A stretch of DNA of 32,000 bases from Candidatus Hermodarchaeota archaeon (GTDB taxonomy: Archaea; Asgardarchaeota; Heimdallarchaeia; Hodarchaeales; Hodarchaeaceae), in contig JBHLKY010000028.1 of assembly GCA_048886185.1 (NCBI GenBank), forward strand, positions 1-32,000. Reading direction: 5' to 3'. Positions 28,131-32,000 of the stretch are shown piece by piece (position 1 is the stretch's first letter; the number at the start of each line of letters is the position of its first letter). A program made the translations under genes and the position numbers. The notes beneath the pieces were generated by a model. That model had not been told where the DNA came from and made no database searches. It saw only the letters and a list, made by a program, of their open reading frames with translations.

Positions 28131-29678
28131 TCATTGAGGAAGGTGTAAGCTTGAAGCACGGTCTGGAGCAAGTTTTGCTCGTCCTTTTTTCCACCACCAA
28201 AGGAAAGCAAGTCCTATAGCCCCAATGAAAAGAAGTAGCTGAGCTCCCATAACTATCCACAACAAATTAAATGATTGGTCAAGTTGTGGGTTAATAGTAG
28301 CTAATTGCCTAGCGAGAGTAACCTGAAGGTTAACACCAAATAAGAAATCGAAAGCTGGCATTGCTCCTCCACCAATCGTACCTGCCAAAGCAGCGACTTT
28401 ACTAAAACGATGACTAGCTACGGAGAGCTCTGGAAGATTAAGTTTAAGTAGAACTGTTTCTACCTCGTTTTTGACTAATATCGATCCATTTAAAGGAGTT
28501 GCTCGGAAACCTGCTGTAACTAATGGAGTAATAAAGAATGTCAAGACCTTTGGAAGGTTTTGAGGTCGTGGGTCAACGAATTGGGAAGTAGGTTGAACCA
28601 AACATCCACTCAACAAGGGTTCAATTATTAATCGTTTGATACTCTCAGTTACTTCAAACTTTCCTCGTGTTTCCTTTTCTTTCTCGCCAGATAGGAAATG
28701 AGACTTATCTGCTGCAATCTTTTTTGCTATTCTAGAAAGAGTGATTGTAAGTGGATATGTTTTTCGTGAATTCATACGAGCATAATAATGAGCATGAGTA
28801 TGAAATGTTTCAGTAGGAATACTACTGAGCTCTTCTTCGGGTTCTTCTTTTTGGGCCTTTTCTTCAATAGAAGCTTTTCTTTTCTTGTGGTTTTCAAAAG
28901 TATCGGTTTTTATAATTGGAGCTAGGTTTGGTGTTGGTGGAGCTGGTTTAGCTGCAAGTGGGGGTGGTGGAACAGGCTGAGAAGCTGGAGGGGCAGATCT
29001 TGTAGCAGCATGAGAAGGTGAGGGTGGGGCACCACCAGGAAGACCAGTATCAGCTCGCTTGATTCCTTTGGGAGCTGGCTGAGCAAATGGGGGAGTGGGA
29101 ATTTGGGCTGCTTCTGCTGGTGCAATTTCATCTCTAGTTATTGCCATAAAATCTTTAAGTTCAGGAGATGCTTTCTCTCTCCGTTTTTCTGATGAAATCT
29201 CCTCTAAAGCCCCCTCAAGGATATCATCGAGAAGAGCTTCATCAGCAAATGCCTCATCTTTACTTTCATATAAAACCTCAGCGATTTCTTTCTCATCTTT
29301 CGATGTGTGAATATCTTCAAGTTTTCTTGATAATATGGCTGCGTTCTTCGAATAGATTCTCTCTGTTGATAATGCTAAGCCTGTTAGAATTGGTTGAACA
29401 GCGATATCTTGAGCCAATGTTTCCCAGATAGATTCTGCAAGAAGTAATATTTCTAATAGAACATACTTTCCAGCCTCTGTGCCATCTGTTAAAATTGTGG
29501 AAATTCTGTTAAGAAATTCAGTAGAAGCCTCTGGAAAGAATGTCTCCAACGAGGAAGCAAGATATTGATGGAATTCTTTGTTTTGTAGATAAATTGATTC
29601 ATCTGGGAGGACTAGAAGAAATTTAGGGACTAAATCCAGCCAGTTTGAAGCAGATTTCAGCGAGAATGGGAAATACAT
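28131..29678 (-). CDS. Hypothetical C-terminally membrane-anchored protein with acidic/proline-rich linker
   Basis: Helical N-terminus, Pro-rich segment (PPSPS, PVPPPPL, PAPPTP), beta-rich domain (HYYARMN..YPLTITL..LIIEP..GCLVQP..LTFFITP) and two hydrophobic segments ending WWWKKGR. GAGGT RBS. Confidence 0.8.
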   Translation of the reverse strand: MYFPFSLKSASNWLDLVPKFLLVLPDESIYLQNKEFHQYLASSLETFFPEASTEFLNRISTILTDGTEAGKYVLLEILLLAESIWETLAQDIAVQPILTGLALSTERIYSKNAAILSRKLEDIHTSKDEKEIAEVLYESKDEAFADEALLDDILEGALEEISSEKRREKASPELKDFMAITRDEIAPAEAAQIPTPPFAQPAPKGIKRADTGLPGGAPPSPSHAATRSAPPASQPVPPPPLAAKPAPPTPNLAPIIKTDTFENHKKRKASIEEKAQKEEPEEELSSIPTETFHTHAHYYARMNSRKTYPLTITLSRIAKKIAADKSHFLSGEKEKETRGKFEVTESIKRLIIEPLLSGCLVQPTSQFVDPRPQNLPKVLTFFITPLVTAGFRATPLNGSILVKNEVETVLLKLNLPELSVASHRFSKVAALAGTIGGGAMPAFDFLFGVNLQVTLARQLATINPQLDQSFNLLWIVMGAQLLLFIGAIGLAFLWWWKKGRAKLAPDRASSLHLPQ

Positions 29679-29830
29679 AGTTTTACCTCAATTTAAGACA
29701 AATTAATAGTAGGTTCTTAAAGCATTTTAGATTAGAATTATAATCATTATCAACAGCAAGAATGAAAAAAGAAACAATCAGAATGAGAAATCCTTCATGT
29801 TCTAAGACGAAAATTCTCTATCATAAAGAA

Positions 29831-30214
29831 TCATTGCTGGGTTGCTTTCTCCTTCCGTAGTTTGATGATCTCATCTTGAATTTCTTTAATTAATTGATCA
29901 TACGGACAGAGAAGGCATAAATCAATGTTTCTGATTTCTTCAGGATTATTAACATTAAAAAGAGAACCCTCATCAACTAATGTAGCTAACCCTTGAGGTA
30001 CGTAGACAATACCCTCCTGAATAAGTCTAAATATCTCTCTTAGCATATTTTCTTTTTCCTTAAGTGTACGAATCTCAAGAAGGTTGAGTATAAATTGTAG
30101 GTTTTGTTTTTCTGTGTCTTTAAATGATAGCAACAGTAAAGCACGATCTGTTAACTGTTTTCTTTCTTCCTCTGTTATTTGAATTTCTTTCAACATATTT
30201 TTCTTTGATATCAT
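29831..30214 (-). CDS. Hypothetical protein, paralog of 30794..31258
   Basis: 60/96 ungapped identities with the 30794..31258 product (manual count). GGAAGGT upstream. Confidence 0.8.
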   Translation of the reverse strand: MISKKNMLKEIQITEEERKQLTDRALLLLSFKDTEKQNLQFILNLLEIRTLKEKENMLREIFRLIQEGIVYVPQGLATLVDEGSLFNVNNPEEIRNIDLCLLCPYDQLIKEIQDEIIKLRKEKATQQ

Positions 30215-30892
30215 TGAAATTCAGACCTTCCTAACTAGGTAATATAGGTTTCAAAGATGATTCTTGAAGTAGGTTATTTTTGAATAATGATTAAGGAACA
30301 GATAGATTACATGTTTCAAATTAAGTTTTCACTTTCTCAGACTTGGTTTTTGATAGGTAAGTAATATTTTAATAACTGTTTAAGTAAAGAATCCTTTTTC
30401 AGTCCCAAGAATGGAACCAACTCTCGTTCAATTTGGGATAGGACATCAGATGTTGAACAAAAATCTGGAAGGTGTAATTTTTGTCTGATGGAATTTATTT
30501 CACAAAAGATTTCATATAATTGGACAAACTTGTTAACATGAAAATTGAAGGTTTTCCGGACATCTTCAAGATTATTGAAAAGTTTCACAAGATCTTCAAT
30601 GGAAGTGTGAGGAGGTAGATCTAACGCTGATTGCATATGCTTTATACAACGCCAAGTGGCAATCAGATCATGTTCAGAGGATCCACTAGCTATTTTTAGA
30701 TAATCTTTAAGCTCTTGATATTCCTTTTGTCCTTTAAGATCCTCTAATATGAGATTTTCATAAGTCATAATTTTTCACTCTTTTATTGACATATCAGATA
30801 CTATTAATTGGTTTTTTAATTTGTATCTGAGATAATTCGTTCTGAAATTCTTTGATCAATTCCTCAAAAGGACGAAGAAGGCATAAATCAAT
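29910..30892. repeat. Gene-scale direct duplication; exact 17-mer AGAAGGCATAAATCAAT at 29910-29926 and 30876-30892
   Basis: Direct comparison of the two paralogous genes at DNA and protein level. Confidence 0.85.
30337..30768 (-). CDS. Hypothetical protein with 3-4 internal helical repeats
   Basis: YLKIASGSSEHDLI / ALDLPPHTSIEDLV / KLHLPDFCSTSDVL, plus a weaker FLGLKKDSLLKQL. Confidence 0.72.
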   Translation of the reverse strand: MTYENLILEDLKGQKEYQELKDYLKIASGSSEHDLIATWRCIKHMQSALDLPPHTSIEDLVKLFNNLEDVRKTFNFHVNKFVQLYEIFCEINSIRQKLHLPDFCSTSDVLSQIERELVPFLGLKKDSLLKQLLKYYLPIKNQV

Positions 30893-31258
30893 ATTGTCAG
30901 CTTCAAAAGGACTGTGAATGTCAAGACACGAACCATAGTCTATCAATTGGGGAAGTCCTCGGGGAACATAGATAATCCCTTCACGGATCAACCGATAAAT
31001 TTCTTGTAAAATATTCCTCTTCTCCTCTAATGTACGAATCCCAAGAACATTGAGTACATATCTTAAATTTTGAGTAGAAGTATCTTTAAATGATAATAGT
31101 AACAAAGCCCGATCCGCTAAACGATTAGCTATAAGATCATCCCTTAATTCTTCCCTAATTTTCACGGATTCTTGGATAGGATTATTCAGTAGGGCTTCAT
31201 GAGCCTTATCGTTCCTATTTGGTTCTTGTTTTCTGATATAAGTAAAATCTGAGTACAA
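30794..31258 (-). CDS. Hypothetical protein, paralog of 29831..30214
   Basis: Shared core DRALLLLSFKDT..IRTL.EK.N.L.EI.RLI.EGI.YVP..NIDLCLL. TTG start with GGAGGT 8 nt upstream. Confidence 0.8.
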   Translation of the reverse strand: MYSDFTYIRKQEPNRNDKAHEALLNNPIQESVKIREELRDDLIANRLADRALLLLSFKDTSTQNLRYVLNVLGIRTLEEKRNILQEIYRLIREGIIYVPRGLPQLIDYGSCLDIHSPFEADNIDLCLLRPFEELIKEFQNELSQIQIKKPINSI

Positions 31259-31260
31259 AT

Positions 31261-31530
31261 TTAGAAACCTCCAGTAAGAGCATAACGAGAACTATCAGCT
31301 GGGTCTTGAATCATTTGCAGCTTTTCATGCGAGAAATACTCAATCAAGTCAAGAAAATACGAGAGAAGCTGTTTAATTTCTGAGTCAGAAAGATTGTCTT
31401 TATTCTTCATTTGGAGAATGCAAATCCTATTGTGAACTTCTAATGAGGAAAAAAGATTAGTGGACATGAATAATAACTGAAAAATCCGATCTAACGATTT
31501 TTTGATGCCAAATTGGTCTGTAACTTGCAC
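31261..31530 (-). CDS. Small hypothetical protein (5' end uncertain, possibly frameshifted)
   Basis: 89-aa helical-looking ORF ending 2 bp before the next start. An in-frame TAG lies just upstream of the GTG and there is no clear RBS. Confidence 0.45.
   Translation of the reverse strand: MQVTDQFGIKKSLDRIFQLLFMSTNLFSSLEVHNRICILQMKNKDNLSDSEIKQLLSYFLDLIEYFSHEKLQMIQDPADSSRYALTGGF
31267..31272 (-). promoter_or_regulatory. Shine-Dalgarno site GGAGGT within the end of the upstream ORF
   Basis: GGAGGT-TTCTAAAT-TTG. It supports the TTG start at 31258 and possible translational coupling. Confidence 0.65.
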
Positions 31531-32000
31531 TCTTATCTACGTCCGTGTAATTTTTGATAAATTCGCTTTGAGTGCCTTTCAAAACCGGACTTTGATATAA
31601 TGGGAAGATATTCGAATCTGACAAAATTCGTTGGAATGTGTCTACAAATGTGCAAATATCATATGGTAAGATATACAATATTACGACAAAAAACACCTGG
31701 GAGTATCTAAAAGGTAAATTTCCCCCCATTGCTATAGAAGTGTGCGATTGTTATGATGGATGACCAAAAACCAAAGCACTTGACGCTTGAAGAGAATTAA
31801 TAATATGTTATATAATATACCTAAGGTACTTTGAGGGATTTAGAGGGCCATTAAAAGGCCACGTATTACCCAGGGAGGATTATCATCCTGAGTCGATTCA
31901 AACAATACTAGGTACAATGTACAAAAGGACTACTCTAGGGTTAAGTTCGTAAATTTCCTCTAATATAAGGATATTTATTGGTCATTTTGATGAGTTTTCT

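Noticed and set aside
28922-29431. ORFs 28922..29131, 29095..29310 and 29168..29431
   Set aside because: Alternative frames of the relatively GC-rich proline/acidic linker of the 515-aa gene.
31875-31889. Small inverted repeat AGGAT-TATC-ATCCT in the slightly more GC-rich window end
   Set aside because: A 5-bp stem is insufficient evidence. No tRNA, att site or ncRNA pattern was recognised.
1-32000. CRISPR arrays, rRNA, tRNA and IS elements
   Set aside because: No regularly spaced repeats, cloverleaf motifs, rRNA-like sequence, or transposase/integrase motifs were seen by eye.

Overview
AT-rich archaeal chromosomal DNA, most likely an Asgard archaeon. This is inferred from a RagA/Gtr1-like GTPase, roadblock and longin-like genes, V4R proteins, a GGR, a PGI/PMI and GGAGG/AGGTGA ribosome-binding sites. 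About 23 credible CDSs; I saw no rRNA, tRNA, CRISPR array, integrase or transposase. Recognisable genes: htpG, hypD, GGR-family reductase, PGI/PMI, GH13 alpha-glucosidase, GMC oxidoreductase, an active plus inactive M16 peptidase pair, a GT-C glycosyltransferase and an AP-endonuclease-2 family TIM barrel. Three candidate systems stand out. (1) A RagA-like GTPase lies tail-to-tail with an NPRL2/FLCN-like longin protein carrying candidate arginine fingers, with Hsp90, a roadblock gene, a second longin gene and a thioredoxin-V4R-V4R sensor nearby. (2) A membrane-anchored SCP2-arylsulfate sulfotransferase fusion lies beside a PAPS-dependent sulfotransferase, suggesting a two-step sulfation relay. 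(3) There is a winged-helix plus AAA+ ATPase pair and, separately, a terminal cluster of small orphan genes with a 62% identical paralog pair. The roadblock gene appears frameshifted. All family assignments come from motif recognition by eye; no searches were run.
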